A stretch of 64,000 bases of DNA from an uncultured Gemmatimonadaceae bacterium (GCA_963829055.1 CAWHHI010000020.1:544001-608000); one strand, 5' to 3'; counted from the first letter of the stretch, positions 38,457 to 50,778 are shown. Translations and numbers: made by a program. The notes: a model not told the origin generated them from the letters alone.

Positions 38457-41339
38457 ATGCCTCGACTCTTCACCCTGGGCCGATTCGAGCTGCAGTCCGA
38501 CGACTCGCCGCGCGGCGCCATCGTCTCGACGCAGCCCAAACGACTCGCGCTGCTCGCCTATCTCGCCGTCGCGACACCGCGCGGCGTTCACCGGCGCGAC
38601 ACTCTACTCGGGCTCTTCTGGCCCGAGCTCGGTCAGGACGAAGCTCGGCGTGCGCTGCGCCAGGCGCTCTATCACCTGCGACAGGTACTTGGCAGCGACG
38701 CCATCGTCGCTCGCGCCGATGACCAGGTGGGCCTGCTGGACGACACGCTCTGGTGCGACGTCGTCGAGCTCGAGCGAGGTCTCGACGCGGGCGATACCGC
38801 TAAGCTCTCGAGCTCGGTTGCGCTCTACCAGGGCGACTTCCTCGCCGGGCTCTTCATTCCGGACGTCTCTCCGGATCTCGAAGAATGGATCGACCGCACC
38901 CGCTCCAGACTCCGCCAGCGCGCCATCGACGCCGGGTGGAAACTGGCCGAGCAAGGGGAGGCGAGCGGAGACCCGTCGGCCGCGGCCGACGCGGCGCGGC
39001 GCGCGCACGAGCTCGCGCCTAACGACGAGGTCGGACTGCGCCGGCTGCTTGGATTCCTGTCCAGACAGGGGCGCCGGAGCGAGGCGTTGGAGACGTTCGG
39101 CGCGTTCGCCCGCCGGCGCGAACTTGACGGCGACGACCCGCCCAGCCCGCAAACACGCGCGTTGGTCGACCAGATTCGCACCAGTCCCGCCGCTCTGGAC
39201 AGAGCTGAGACGTCCGTCTCGCCAAGCCCGGACGTCACCCGACCCTCGATCGGGGACGTCGCGTTGCGCGAGCTGCCCCGTTCAGATCCATCGCCGACGT
39301 TGCCTGCGGCAACCTCCGCACCCGGCGCCTCGGCCCGCCGTCCATGGCATTGGGCGGCGGTGGCTGTGGGCATCCTGACCGTCGCGACGGGCGCAGTGTT
39401 CGCACTCCGTAGTCACGAGAATGACGCCACGCGCACCGATGGCGCGACGCTCGCACCGCGCGACCGCGTTCTTGTGGCGGACTTCGTCACGCGTTCCCGC
39501 GATTCGACGGTCGGTGGCATCGTCGCCGAGGCGCTCCGCATCGACCTGGGACAGTCGCCGCTCATTCGCGTGATGACGACCGCACAGACGCGCGGCGCGC
39601 TGCGCGGGATGGAGCGTCCCGTCGAAGTGTCGTTGGACGATTCGCTCGCCCGCGCCGTGGCGCTGCGCGAAGGGGTGAAAGCGTTCGTGACGGGAGACGT
39701 CAGCGCGCTCGGCTCCTCCTATGTGCTCTCGGTCCGAGTGGTGGCGGCACTGACCGGAGACGAGCTGACGGCGCTCCGCGAGACCGCGCGCGATTCGGCC
39801 GACCTGATCGACGCGATCGACCGTCTTTCCGGACGTCTCCGGCGCCAGATCGGTGAAACGCTGCGCGCCGTCCGCGCCGACCCGCCGCTTCCCCAGGTGA
39901 TGACCGGGTCACTCGAAGCGCTGCGCTTATACACGCGGGCGATGAACGCGAAGGATATCGCAGGCGATCGCGCGACCGCGGTGCGTCTTCTCGAGGAGGC
40001 CATAGCACTCGATCCCGCGTTCGCGACCGCCTACCGCATGCTCGGGTCGACGTACGCGTCGATGGCCGAGCCGGGCCGCGCCGAACGGGCGCTGGAACGC
40101 GCGTTCGCGCATCGTGATCGGCTGCCGCTGAGAGACCGCTACCTGACGATGGGCAGCTACTACCGGAACGTGACCGCCGAGTACTCGAAGGCCGCGGCGG
40201 CGTACCGGTCGTTGCTGGAGCTGTATCCCACGGATCTGGCCGGCCTCAACAACCTCGGTCTCGTGTTGATGCGGGAGCGTCAGTACGCGGCGGCGGAGAG
40301 TCTCTTCCGGCGGGTGCTCGCCGTGGATTCCACCATCCCATTGGTGCATCTGGGGCTGGCCGAGGTGCTCACCATGCAGGCGCGTCATGACGCGGCGCGC
40401 CTAACGCTCGACGACGTGTGGCGTCGATTCCCGGACTACCCCACGACCGAGCTCACCGAGACGTACGCCGCGGCCGCGCAGCACGACTGGTCGTCGGCAC
40501 AGCGACACATCCGACGGCGATTGGCACAGTCCAAGGGGCAGGCGACGAACGAGTCCGATGCGTTGTTGACGCTTGGACAGATCGAGCTCCTCAGCGGCCG
40601 GCTGGCTGACGCGGAGCGTGACCTCCTCGGCTCGATGCGTCTGTCGTCGAAGGAGGAGTCGCCGGGTCGGTACTACGCGGGAGCCATCGCGCTCGCGTGG
40701 CTCGAGCTGCGCTACCGCGGGCGGATCACCCACGCGCTCGAGCGGGTGAGCGACGTGCTCGCGCGATACCCGCTCGACAGCATTGCGGTCGCCGACCGTC
40801 CATACGGAGAGCTGGCGGAGTTTCTGGCCGCCGCTGGCCAGCGGTCGCGTGCGCGCGCGTTGCTCATCGCCGTCGAACGCGATTCAGCCGCTATGCGGCG
40901 GCTTGCCGCGAGCGAGCTTCACGCCGTGCGCGGGGCCGTCGCGCTGGCCGAAGGGCGCGGCCGTGATGCCGTCGCCGAGTTCACACAGGAGGACAAGGCC
41001 GAATCGTGCCCCGTGTGCGCCCTTCCCGATCTCGCGAGGGCGTACGAGCAGGCGGGCGACATCGAGTCGGCGATCGCCGCGTACGAGCGTTATCTCGACA
41101 CACCGTGGATCTGGCGGTTCGAGTCGGACGCCCCGAACCTCGGGTGGTCTCGACGTCGGCTCGGAGAGCTGTACGAGCAGCAACGGCAATTCGGTAAGGC
41201 CGCGGATCAGTATGCGAAGCTGATCGCGCTCTGGAACGATGCCGACCCGCAATTGGGCGCCGCCCTCACCGACGTTCGCGCTCGTTATGCTCGGCTCCGC
41301 AATGCCGACGTTAGTCGAGCTCCATCTGCCGGACGTTGA
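38457..41339 (+). CDS. SARP/BTAD one-component regulator: wHTH+BTAD, TM helix, TolB-N-like and TPR extracytoplasmic region
   Basis: QPKRLALLAYL, RRDTLLGLFWPE, LRQALYHLR, YQGDFLAG, TM WAAVAVGILTVATGAVFAL, TPR repeats; ATG at 38457. Confidence 0.88.
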   Translation: MPRLFTLGRFELQSDDSPRGAIVSTQPKRLALLAYLAVATPRGVHRRDTLLGLFWPELGQDEARRALRQALYHLRQVLGSDAIVARADDQVGLLDDTLWCDVVELERGLDAGDTAKLSSSVALYQGDFLAGLFIPDVSPDLEEWIDRTRSRLRQRAIDAGWKLAEQGEASGDPSAAADAARRAHELAPNDEVGLRRLLGFLSRQGRRSEALETFGAFARRRELDGDDPPSPQTRALVDQIRTSPAALDRAETSVSPSPDVTRPSIGDVALRELPRSDPSPTLPAATSAPGASARRPWHWAAVAVGILTVATGAVFALRSHENDATRTDGATLAPRDRVLVADFVTRSRDSTVGGIVAEALRIDLGQSPLIRVMTTAQTRGALRGMERPVEVSLDDSLARAVALREGVKAFVTGDVSALGSSYVLSVRVVAALTGDELTALRETARDSADLIDAIDRLSGRLRRQIGETLRAVRADPPLPQVMTGSLEALRLYTRAMNAKDIAGDRATAVRLLEEAIALDPAFATAYRMLGSTYASMAEPGRAERALERAFAHRDRLPLRDRYLTMGSYYRNVTAEYSKAAAAYRSLLELYPTDLAGLNNLGLVLMRERQYAAAESLFRRVLAVDSTIPLVHLGLAEVLTMQARHDAARLTLDDVWRRFPDYPTTELTETYAAAAQHDWSSAQRHIRRRLAQSKGQATNESDALLTLGQIELLSGRLADAERDLLGSMRLSSKEESPGRYYAGAIALAWLELRYRGRITHALERVSDVLARYPLDSIAVADRPYGELAEFLAAAGQRSRARALLIAVERDSAAMRRLAASELHAVRGAVALAEGRGRDAVAEFTQEDKAESCPVCALPDLARAYEQAGDIESAIAAYERYLDTPWIWRFESDAPNLGWSRRRLGELYEQQRQFGKAADQYAKLIALWNDADPQLGAALTDVRARYARLRNADVSRAPSAGR

Positions 41340-41482
41340 AGCGCAACTGCCGACTGGGCTCGGAGACTGATGCCTGACACCTCCTACTCAACGCTGGCGT
41401 GCTGAGTGACTGGCCAAGCCCTCGAGATGATGCCGGACGAATAACGTCGTTTCAGGCCAGTCGTGCGCTGCGCGATGGCGGA

Positions 41483-42022
41483 TCAGTCGAGCTCCATCTG
41501 GCGGACGTTGAACCGCGCAATCTGCGTCTGCACGATGGAGCGGATCTGCCCCTGCACGGCGTCCGGATTCTTGATCGCATGCAGCACGACGCGCGGCGTG
41601 CTCGCGTCGGCGCTCATGACCTGCACGTCGCCGAGACCGGCGACGCGCGCCCAGAACGGCCGCAGGATGAGTGAGTCGCGGACGCGACGCAGCTCGAGGT
41701 CCTGCGTGACAGTCGACAGCACGCCGGTGGTCACGCGCAGTCGCTCGGTCGTCAGCACGTACTTCGTGGTGCTGACCTTGAGGTACGTCACGAACGCGCC
41801 GATGCCGCACAGCACCCAGATCGCGACGATGATCCACGGGACGAGCGGACGCAGATTCACGTCGGTCGTCGCGCTGGGAGCGGGGCGGAGGTACAGCAAC
41901 CCAACGGTCGCCACGATGACACCCAGCCCCAACATCAAGTACACCGGCAGGTTTACCGCCTGCGACGGCGACCCCTGCCACACCGTCTGCTCCCCCGTCT
42001 GATTCGGCGATCGCTCGGACAC
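41483..42022 (-). CDS. Membrane-anchored bacterial PH-domain (bPH_2) protein
   Basis: VWQGSPS, two TM helices, KYVLTTERLRVTTGVLS, GLGDV. Confidence 0.85.
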   Translation of the reverse strand: MSERSPNQTGEQTVWQGSPSQAVNLPVYLMLGLGVIVATVGLLYLRPAPSATTDVNLRPLVPWIIVAIWVLCGIGAFVTYLKVSTTKYVLTTERLRVTTGVLSTVTQDLELRRVRDSLILRPFWARVAGLGDVQVMSADASTPRVVLHAIKNPDAVQGQIRSIVQTQIARFNVRQMELD

Positions 42023-42195
42023 GCGCTCCTCGGCTGACGTTCAGCGTGAGTGGTCGCGCCAATGCTATGCGGGCGCGTCGGCCGCGACAAGACAGAGAGA
42101 GACGCGCCGGAACACGCCGAAACGCGAACGGCCGGTGCAATGCACCGGCCGCTCATTTGCGCGAGGTCGAGCTCAGATCGAGCTGCTGGTCAGTG

Positions 42196-42938
42196 CTACC
42201 GGTTGGAGCGGTAGGATGATCGGTGATACCGATCCTTTCGCGGAATGTCGACCTTGCCCTTCACGCCGTCATAGTCGATCGACCCGCTGCCGTCGTGCTC
42301 GACGACGAAGTCCCCGCCGACGCGCGAGACGTCGATGCTGCCGGAGCTGTCACGGCCGACACGCACCGAACCGGTGACGTCATAGATCTCGATCTCGCCG
42401 GAGCTGTCCTCGTCGATGTCGACCGACCCCTTCACGCCGCGGATGTCGATGCCACCCGAGGAGTCGTCGATCCACAGGTCGCCGCCAGCGTCGCGCACGC
42501 GAATGTTCCCGGAGCTGTCCTCGATGCGTGTCTTCGCCGCCACGCTCTCGATCGTCATGTCGCCCGACGAGTCGTTGATGTCCAGCGGCAGAGTCGCGGG
42601 CGCCTCGATCACGAGATCGAGTAGCGCCTGGTATTCCAGTTGGTGTCGTGGTAGTCCGGCAGGATGGCGCGGACGGTCACCTCGTTTCCGTTCCGAACCG
42701 CTTCGAGCTTGATGTCCGCGAGCAACCCGCGGCTCGACGCGCGCGCGGTCCCGCGGACGCGAACCTCGGTGATATCGGTCCGACCGGTCACGCGCAGCTG
42801 GCCAGCACGGGCGTCGATCTTGAGCGTGGTCGCGCCGGCGGCGTTCACGGTCGCGTTGCGTGGCTCATCGTAGTCCTGCGCCCACGCGGCGGTCGGGAGC
42901 ACGACGACGAGGGCGAGCGTGGCAAGCTGGAGTTTCAT
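42196..42938 (-). CDS. DUF4097-like exported beta-repeat protein (frameshift near 42640)
   Basis: MKLQLATLALVVVLPTAAWAQ signal; five D(S/G)SG-x-I repeats in the second frame. Confidence 0.8.
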
Positions 42939-43107
42939 ACGAGTTCCTTGGGATTGGCCGGTCCTTGTTCGACAGGCCGAAGGTCCAGGAGGTTTGAATG
43001 GCTGGCATCCCGTGCTGCTCCACACAGCACGCGGCCGCTGTTGGTAGCACACAGCGAGCGGCCGATGCGACGTGCAAGCAACAAGGAGCAAATCACGTAG
43101 CTCCGTC

Positions 43108-45138
43108 CTACTTCTCGAGCCTGAATGCAACAATGCTGTCGCTGAGCCCAAAAACCTCCCCGTCCCCGCCCGCCGCGATCACCACGTACTGCCGACCGTC
43201 CCGCGGACCCCGGAACGTCATCGGCGTCGCCTTGCCGCCAGCCGGCAGCTCCCCCTTCCACAGCTCGCGACCCGTCTCGACGTCGAACGCGCGAAGCGCG
43301 TGGTCCAGCGTCGCCGCGATGAACACCACGCCGCCCGCCGTGCTGATCGCACCGCCGAGGTTGATCGATCCGAGCGCCGCTGCCTGCGCCGCCGACGTCC
43401 CGGGCGGTAGCATCCCGCCTAACGTGCCGAGCGGGACGTCCCATTTCCGGGTGCCGGTGTTGAGGTCGATGGCGACGAGCGAGCCGAACGGCGGCGGTGA
43501 GCATGGCGCGCCACCTGGGCCGAAGATGAACTGGCGACGCATGACGTACGGCGTGCCCTTCATGTCCGTGTACTGTGGCCCTGGCCCGCGCACCTCGGAC
43601 GCGTTCGTCGTCGTCCGGCGGTCGAACGACTCGCGCGGGATGAGCTTTACCTCGATCGCGATGCGATTGACCGGAACGATCACGATCTGCCGCTGTGGAT
43701 CGAACGTCACGCCGCCCCAGTGCGCGCCGCCGATGCTCGACGGATAGACGAGCGTTCCCCGCTCACTCGGTGGCGTGAACGGGCCTTCGTTCCGGAGTCC
43801 GGCAATCCGCGCTCGGCACGCGGCGCGGTCGGCGTCGCTGCCGCCGAACGCATCGTCAGGCGTTAGGCGTTGCGGGCTGAGCGCCGGCAGCACCGTGTTG
43901 AACGGCTGCGTCGGGCTCGCGCGCTCGCCGGCCACGTCGCTCGTCGGCACCGGACGCTCCTCGACCGGAAACACCGGCACGCCCGTCTCGCGGTTCAGCA
44001 CGAACAGCTGTCCCGTCTTCGTCGCCTGCAGCACGACGGGGATGTCTCGCCCGTCCTTGCGGAGGGTCACGAGCGCCGGCGGTGACGCGACGTCGTAGTC
44101 CCACAGATCGTGGTGCACGACCTGGAAGTGCCACACGCACGCGTCCCGTGGACGCTCGCAGCGCGACGATGGAGTTTGCATAACGATTGTCGCCGAGACG
44201 CTCGCCGCCGAAGTAGTCGGGACTCGCGCTGCCGGTCGGCACGAGCACGATGTCGCGCGCCGGATCGGCGGCAATGACGCTCCACGCGTTAGCGGCGCCC
44301 GTCTCGTGCGCGCGCGGGCCAATCCACGTCCGCCATGCGGCGTCGGTGGAGTCCTGCGGAATCGGATCCCACGTCCAGCGCAGTGCGCCTGTCCGCGCGT
44401 CGTAGGCGCGCACTTCGCCGCTCGCGGCGTTGGTACGGCTGTTGTCCGCGACGGCGGATCCGAGAACGACGATGTCGTTGATGATCGCTGGCGGCGATGT
44501 GATCTCGTACTCCGCGGTCTCGTACGGCTTGTTGCGGAGCGAAGCGCGGACGTTGACGGTGCCGGCGGCGCCGAACGACGCACACGGCGTTCCCGCGCGG
44601 GCGTCGAGCGCGATGAGTCGGCCGTCGATGGTCGCGACGAACACGCGACGCACGCACGGTCGCGATGCCTGCGCACCCGTTAGGCGGCCGTCGATCCAGT
44701 ACGAGACGCCCCGGCTCGTGAAATCACCGAACCCGACATTGCGGTCGACTTCGGGATCGAACTTCCACAGCTCGCGTCCCGTTTCCGGGTCGAGCGCAAT
44801 CACGCGACCGAGCGGTGTGCTGATGTACATCCGGCCGTCGACGACGAGCGGCGTGACCTCGAGCGAGCGCTGGCGTCGCCGGCCGGCGAACTCGGGCGCC
44901 GTCTCGCCCGTGTGATACGTCCACGCCGGCTGCGAGCCGTCCTACGTTCTCGCGCGTGATCTGCGTCGAGCGGAGACCATCGACTCCCGAGCGCATCGCG
45001 TCCGTACGCGCGCCATTCCCCATCGGATGGTGATCGCGGCGCGGTTTGCGCCATCGCGGCGCCCGCGACTGCGGCGGCCATGACGACCGAGCACGTGACT
45101 CGCATGAGCGAGACCGCAAAGCCGGATCTTTCAGTCAT
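43108..45138 (-). CDS. PQQ-dependent glucose/quinate-type dehydrogenase (several frameshifts)
   Basis: EWRAYGRD, WHFQVVHHDLWDYDV, GGAHWGG, PCSPPPFG, LPAGGKATPMT, QYVVIAAGG across three frames. Confidence 0.9.
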
Positions 45139-45171
45139 GACGAGGGCCGGGGTCTGAGAAGTTGATAGCGC

Positions 45172-45309
45172 TGTCATTCCGAGCCGGCTGTCATTCCGAG
45201 CGGAGCGAAGCGCAGTCGAGGAATCGCGACCGTCCGAGTAGAGGGCCCTCTACCGGTACGGTCGCGATTCCTCGACTGCGCGCCTTCGGCGCTCCGCTCG
45301 GAATGACAG
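45172..45309. repeat. REP/REPIN-like element family A (TGTCATTCCGAGCG subtype) with duplicated left end
   Basis: TGTCATTCCGAGCCGGC-TGTCATTCCGAGCGGAGCG...GTCGAGGAATCGCGACCGT...ACGGTCGCGATTCCTCGAC...CTCGGAATGACAG. Confidence 0.9.
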
Positions 45310-45329
45310 CGCTACTTTCGATCGATCAC

Positions 45330-46862
45330 CCCGCTCACGAGGTACCGCGTCGTCCGAGTGGCCGAGAGCCAGGTACACCTTCGCAATCTCGTACGACGGA
45401 ACATACGCGCGAGTTCCCCGTCTTCGATCGACGCCACGCCTCACGCGCCTCATTCGCGGCTTCTAGCGCCCACCCCTTCGGCGATCCGTACAGGCGGCGG
45501 TGGTATCAGGCGTCCACGCAGCACGCCGACGATCTCGCGCGAGATGTCTTCCTGAATCGCGAAGACGTCGGTCATCTCACGATCGTAGCTCTCGGACCAG
45601 AGCTGATAGCCGTCGCCCGCGTTCGCCAGCTGTACGGTGATGCGGATCCTGTCGCCCGCCTTTCGCACACTGCCCTCGAGCACCGTCGCGACGCCGAGTC
45701 GTCTTCCCACTTCACGGACGTCGGAGCGGCCGTCTCTGTACGCGAACGCCGACGTACGCGCGGCGACGTGAACGCCGTCCACGTGCGTGAGCGTGTTGAT
45801 CAACTCGTCGGTGATGCCGTCGCTGAAATACGCGTTGTCTCTCGCCGGACTGAGGTCCGTGAACGGCAAGACGGCGATCGATGCCGCCGGCGCGCCCGGC
45901 ACAGAGCGCGCTCTCCCGTAGACAAGTCCGACCACGATCAGCAACGCGAGGCCAAGAGCCAGCAGCATGCCGAGCCTGCTCGGCCGTGGTCGCGGGCGCG
46001 GAACGCTATGCTCGGACAACGGCGAGTACACGATCGCGACGTTAGGCATCGTCTCCAGAGGCGCGGACGCGACCGGTGTCGGCTCGGGATCCGCCGGTGC
46101 CGCCGCGACTGGCTCGCGCGGCGTCGCAACGAATGACGACTCGGCAGGCTCCGCCTTCAGCCGCTCCACGAGCTTCAGCACCGCAGTGTTCGGCGACGCC
46201 CCGAGCTCTTCACGAAGCAGCGTCGTGTGCGTCGTGGCGTGTCGAATCGCGGCCGCTGAGTCACCGACCGCCGCCAGTGCCTGCATGAGACGCAGCGCGA
46301 CACGAGAGCTGAATGGATCGTGCCCGGCGAGACGCCGCCACCACGCGACGGCCTCGTCCAGCGCGCCCCTCGACTCGGCGTTCTGCGCCAGTGCGTCGAG
46401 CACACCTTCATAAATGCGAGCGAGACGCGCGCGCTCGCCATCGACCCACCGCTCGAACTCGGAACCGTCTACGAGATGAACGCCGTCGAGTAACGGACCT
46501 ACATAGAGCGCGGCCGCGCGCTCGCGGTCTTCCGCCTCGACGGCGCGCTCGAACTCCGCCACGTCCGACGAAATGATGTCCGCGTTGAGCCGGAGCTCAT
46601 CGCCCATCGCGACGATCGCTTCGCCGCCGACCGCCTGGTTGATGCGGTAGACGGAGTCGGAGAGCAGGGGCCGACCGCGCTCGCCATCTGCCTCGGGCCA
46701 GAGGTACGCGACGAGCTTCTCGCGACCGACGCCGCGGCCGCGCGCCTGTCCCGTTGCGAGAATCGCCAGCAGGGCCAGACGACGCCGCTGGACCGCTCTG
46801 CCGGTGAGCGGACCTGCCGGTCCTTCTATGGAAGCAGCGGCTAAGAGCTTGAGATGATACAC
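45330..46862 (-). pseudogene. SARP/BTAD-TM-TolB-N regulator lacking most of its TPR region
   Basis: QRRRLALLAIL, REKLVAYLWPE, SIAVLPFTDLS, YFSDGITDELI, LWSESYDR; stop at 45450, then a detached C-terminal piece YVPSYEIAKVYLALG. Confidence 0.7.
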
Positions 46863-46871
46863 GATATCACA

Positions 46872-46910
46872 GGCGACGAGGTGACGACGAGCGGGCGACT
46901 GGCGGGCGAG
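46872..46910 (+). promoter_or_regulatory. Four G(G/A)CGA(C/G) direct repeats at exact 11-bp phase, candidate SARP operator
   Basis: GGCGAC 46872, GACGAC 46883, GGCGAC 46894, GGCGAG 46905; between the SARP gene and its divergent neighbours. Confidence 0.6.
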
Positions 46911-47008
46911 ACCCGCTGGCCATTTTGCGCGCGCCTCACTTGAGGTAACGCAATCCGCTCACGCTGCCGGTCACCGGCGGCCGAATCATCTAACTCGAGG
47001 ACACATCA

Positions 47009-47613
47009 ATGAAGCAACGCTCGACACTATCGTCGTCTTATCGCCCCGCCCTGCTGCTGCTTGCCGTCATCACCGCGGCGTGCTCCGAATCACGTGCCCC
47101 GCTGAACGCGCCGCAAGCCTCGGCGGATCTTCAGGCGACGAACCCCATCCCCGGCATCGGGGACCAGCTTGGCCGTCTTCGCTCCCTCACCGCGCGGTTT
47201 CACGACTTCGATAGCACGACGCAACCCGGTGGCGAGTACTCGCGACCAGATCACGGGTTGCATCGAGAACAAGTCGTTGGGCGGCGGCATGGGTTTCCAC
47301 TATGCGAAGCCGGGCACGATCGACGGCACGATCAATCCGGACGAGCCCGAGGTGCTGCTGTACGAGCCGCAGACAGAATGGCAAGCCCAGGCTGGTCGCG
47401 GTCGAGTTCCTCGTCCCATTCGCCATCGTGCCCGCCAATGCAACGGCGCCAAGAGCGTTCGACACGGACTTTGTCCCGGACGCCACCTTCCCGTTCTGGA
47501 CGCTTCACGTGTGGCTCTGGAAGAACAACCCGTCGGGCTTGTTCAAGTCATTCAATCCGAACGTCAATTGCAACGCGGTACCGGCCGCGCAGCGCCAGTC
47601 CATGATTCACTGA
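47009..47613 (+). CDS. Hypothetical lipoprotein with conserved-looking His motifs (frameshifts near 47230 and 47375)
   Basis: ITAAC lipobox; GMGFHY, PEVLLYEP, LVAVEF, WTLHVWLWKNNPSGLF..FNPNVNC across three frames. Confidence 0.7.
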
Positions 47614-47626
47614 TCTGAATCGGTCG

Positions 47627-47899
47627 ATGCCTCGCTACCTCATCGAGCGAAACATCCCGGGGGCCGGCGGTTTTTCGGCCAACGATCTGCGTGCGATCGC
47701 TCGAAAGTCACGGGACGTGATCCGCGACATGGGCCCCGACATTCAGTGGCTGGAAAGCTTCGTCACCGCCGATCACGTCTTTTGCCTGTACGTGGCACCG
47801 TCGGAGGAGATGGTGCGCGAGCACGCGCGGCGTGGCGGCTTTCCAGCAGACCGGGTCACCAAGGTAGTGGCGGTCATCGATCCAACAACGGCCGAGTAG
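47627..47899 (+). CDS. DUF4242 (SCO4226-like) protein
   Basis: MPRYLIERNIPG, IQWLESFVT, FCLYVAP, EHARRGGFPADRV. Confidence 0.88.
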   Translation: MPRYLIERNIPGAGGFSANDLRAIARKSRDVIRDMGPDIQWLESFVTADHVFCLYVAPSEEMVREHARRGGFPADRVTKVVAVIDPTTAE

Positions 47900-47957
47900 A
47901 CGGTTGTCATTCCGCGGGTAGCGAGGAATCCTCGTCGTCCTGACCGAAATCCAGATC

Positions 47958-47992
47958 CAAAGGGGTCAGAGTCGTCGACTCTGACCCCTTTG
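47958..47992. terminator. Perfect 16-bp-arm hairpin between convergent genes (bidirectional terminator or GGGGTCAGAGTC-type REP)
   Basis: CAAAGGGGTCAGAGTC-GTC-GACTCTGACCCCTTTG; a half family A REP precedes it at 47905-47940. Confidence 0.75.
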
Positions 47993-48015
47993 AATCTTTA
48001 CAGCATCGGGACGAT

Positions 48016-50656
48016 CTAGCCTTCGCGCATCGCCTCCATGGGCGACACGTTCGCCGCCCGCCGTGCCGGCAATAGCGATGCAACGAGCGCGACGATGAGG
48101 AACACCCCTGTCGCCGCGAGCAGCGTCTTCGGATCGGCGCCGCTCACGTCGAACAGCACGCCTTCCAGCCGTCGCCTAACGACGTAGGATACGAGCAGCC
48201 CGATCACCGCCCCCGGCACTGCGTACGCCATCCCTCGGCCGACGATCATGCCGATGACCTCGCGACGTGACGCCCCTAACGCCACGCGGACGCCGATCTC
48301 ACGACGGCGGGCGGCGACGAGGTACGAGAGCATGCCGAAGATGCCGATCGCCGCGAGCGAGAGTGCGGCGACGGCGAAGCCGCCGAGCAGCGTCGCCCAG
48401 TGCCGCTGCGGCGCCACGGACGTATAGACGCGATCCTCCAGTCGGCCTGCGTCATCGAGGGCCAGCCCGGGATCGATGCTGCGCACCGCGTTGCGAACGC
48501 GATCGACCGCGTCGCCAGCACCAGGCGCCGTTCGTACGAACAGGTTGAACGACGACGCCCAGTTCTGCGCCGCCGCCACGTACATCGCCTCGCCGTTACC
48601 GTCGAGTCCCTGATACTTCACGTCGCCCACGACGCCGACGATCGTGAACGGCGGACACGTCGTGCAGCCGCCACCTTGTAGCTGACGCCCGATCGCCGGC
48701 CGATCGGCCGAGTAGTGACGCACCCACGCGCGGCTCACGATCATGACCGGAGGTCCGCTTCCGGTATCGGCGTCCGTGAACACCCTGCCCTCGAGCAGTG
48801 GGACTCCCGCCGCCGCGAAAAATCCGGCACTCGCCGCGGCGTAAGGTGCAGTCGGCTGGGCGTCGCCGGGAGCAACAGGGCGGTCGACGAGATCGAAGTT
48901 GTTGATGTCGCCCGGATCGTCAGGCGGCATTGCCTGATTGATGCCGGCGGCCACGACCCCCGGCTGTTGAGCGACCTGCGCGAGCGCGCGATTCCAGAAT
49001 GCGGCGGCATCGTTAGGCCCGCCATAACGAGATGCCGGCAACGACACGTTCACGTAGACCAGCGAACGTGGGTCGAAGCCCGCGTCCACGCGCTGGAGCC
49101 GGACGAAGCTGTTGAGCAGGAGCGCCGCGGTCGCCAGCAACGGCAGCGCGAGCGCGAACTGCGCGGTCACCAGCGCGCCGCGCAGCACGTGCGTCGAGCG
49201 CCCCGCGCCGATCTCGCGATCGCCGCTTCGCAATGCTCCTGAAAAATCACGACCCATGAGCGAGATCGCCGGGTAGAGCCCGACCAGAATTCCCGTCACC
49301 AGCGCGAGCACCGCGGCGAAACGCGATCGCGCGCAGGTTCACGCCTGCCTCGCTCAGTCGCGGGATCGGCGGTCCGATCGTGAGGAGCACGCGGAGCAGA
49401 AACGGCGCGAGCACGGCGCCAGCCGTGGCACCTAACGCGGAGAGCACGACGCTCTCGGTCACCAGCAGTCGGGCCACGCGCGTCGTCGACGCGCCGAGCA
49501 CCGTGCGCAACACCGCCTCACGCGAGCGACTCGTGACGCGGACCAGCGTCAGGCTGGCGACGTTCGCAACCGCGATGAGGAGCACCAGCGCGACCGCAGC
49601 CCCGAACAGGCCGAGTGTCTGACTGGCGTTTCCGAGGATGGTCTGGCGCAACGAGTACGGCGTGAGCCGCGCGCTCCGATCCTGAAACGTCGATGCCCAC
49701 TGCGGGAAGATCTGCTGGCTCACGGACGCGAGGTCGCGCGCGGCCGACTCGATCGACACACCGTCCTTGAGCCGCGCGATGACGCGGAGACCGAACGGCC
49801 CGCGGCGTTGCGGCGTCTTGAGCGTGAGCGACGACCAGACCTCCGAGCGCAGACCCGCGAGATCTTCCACGCCGGGACCGAGCACGCCAATGACGGCGTA
49901 CGCCACGCCGTCGATCGTGATCGTTTTCCCCAGCGCGGCGGACCCGTCGCCGGCGAACTCGCGCTTCGCGAACGCGTCGCTCACGACCGCGACGAAGTCG
50001 CCAGCATTCCCATCTCCGGCGCCAACCAGCCGGCCGTGCGCGGCCCGGATGCCGAGCGCGCTGAAGAACCCCGGATCGCCGGCCGCGACCACGCCTCGGC
50101 GCACGTTGTCGCCGACGGAGATCGCGGCCTCCCGGCGCTGTACCGCGCCGACGGCGGTGAAGCTCCGCTGCAGTGCCGCGATCGCCTGGTAATCGACGAC
50201 GGACAGGCCGAAGCGATTGGTCGGGGAGTTCTGCTCGAAGATGCGAACGAGGCGATCGTCGGCCGGATACGGCAGGCGCGAGACGAGTACCGCATCGACG
50301 GCGCTGAAGATTGCGGTGCTCGCACCGATGCCGAGCGCGAGGACGAGTGTGGCGGTAATGGTGAAGCCGGGACTGCGCCGCAGCGCGCGCGCGGCGTAGC
50401 GCACGTCCTGCACGATGTCCTCGAACCAGCGCACGCCGCGCGCATCCTGATGGGCCTCGGTGTACCGGTCGACTCCGCCGAATGCGACGGCGGCGCGTCG
50501 TCGGGCTTCGTCAGGCGGAAGCCCCTGGGTGCGCGCGAGCTCGCTCGCCTCCATATCGATGTGCGCGCGCATCTCGTCGGCGACATCGCGGTTGAGCGTG
50601 TCGCGATGGATGAGTGCGCGGAGTCGTCGCGCGAAGCGGCGTGTGAGGTCGGTCAT
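48016..50656 (-). CDS. Duplicated orphan ABC permease (ADOP) with prefix domain (frameshift near 49318)
   Basis: DVADEMRAHIDM...AAVAFGG, RRSPGFT, LLIAVANVASL, RRREIGVRVALGA. Confidence 0.9.
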
Positions 50657-50778
50657 GGTGGAAGCCTGTTTCGAGGTGTCGGCACTGATACCTCAAGCTT
50701 CGACAACATGAGTCCAAAAAGGGTTCGGCCGCAAGGCCGAACCGCAGGCCCTAGGAAGGAGGCCGTAGGAAGGAGGAA

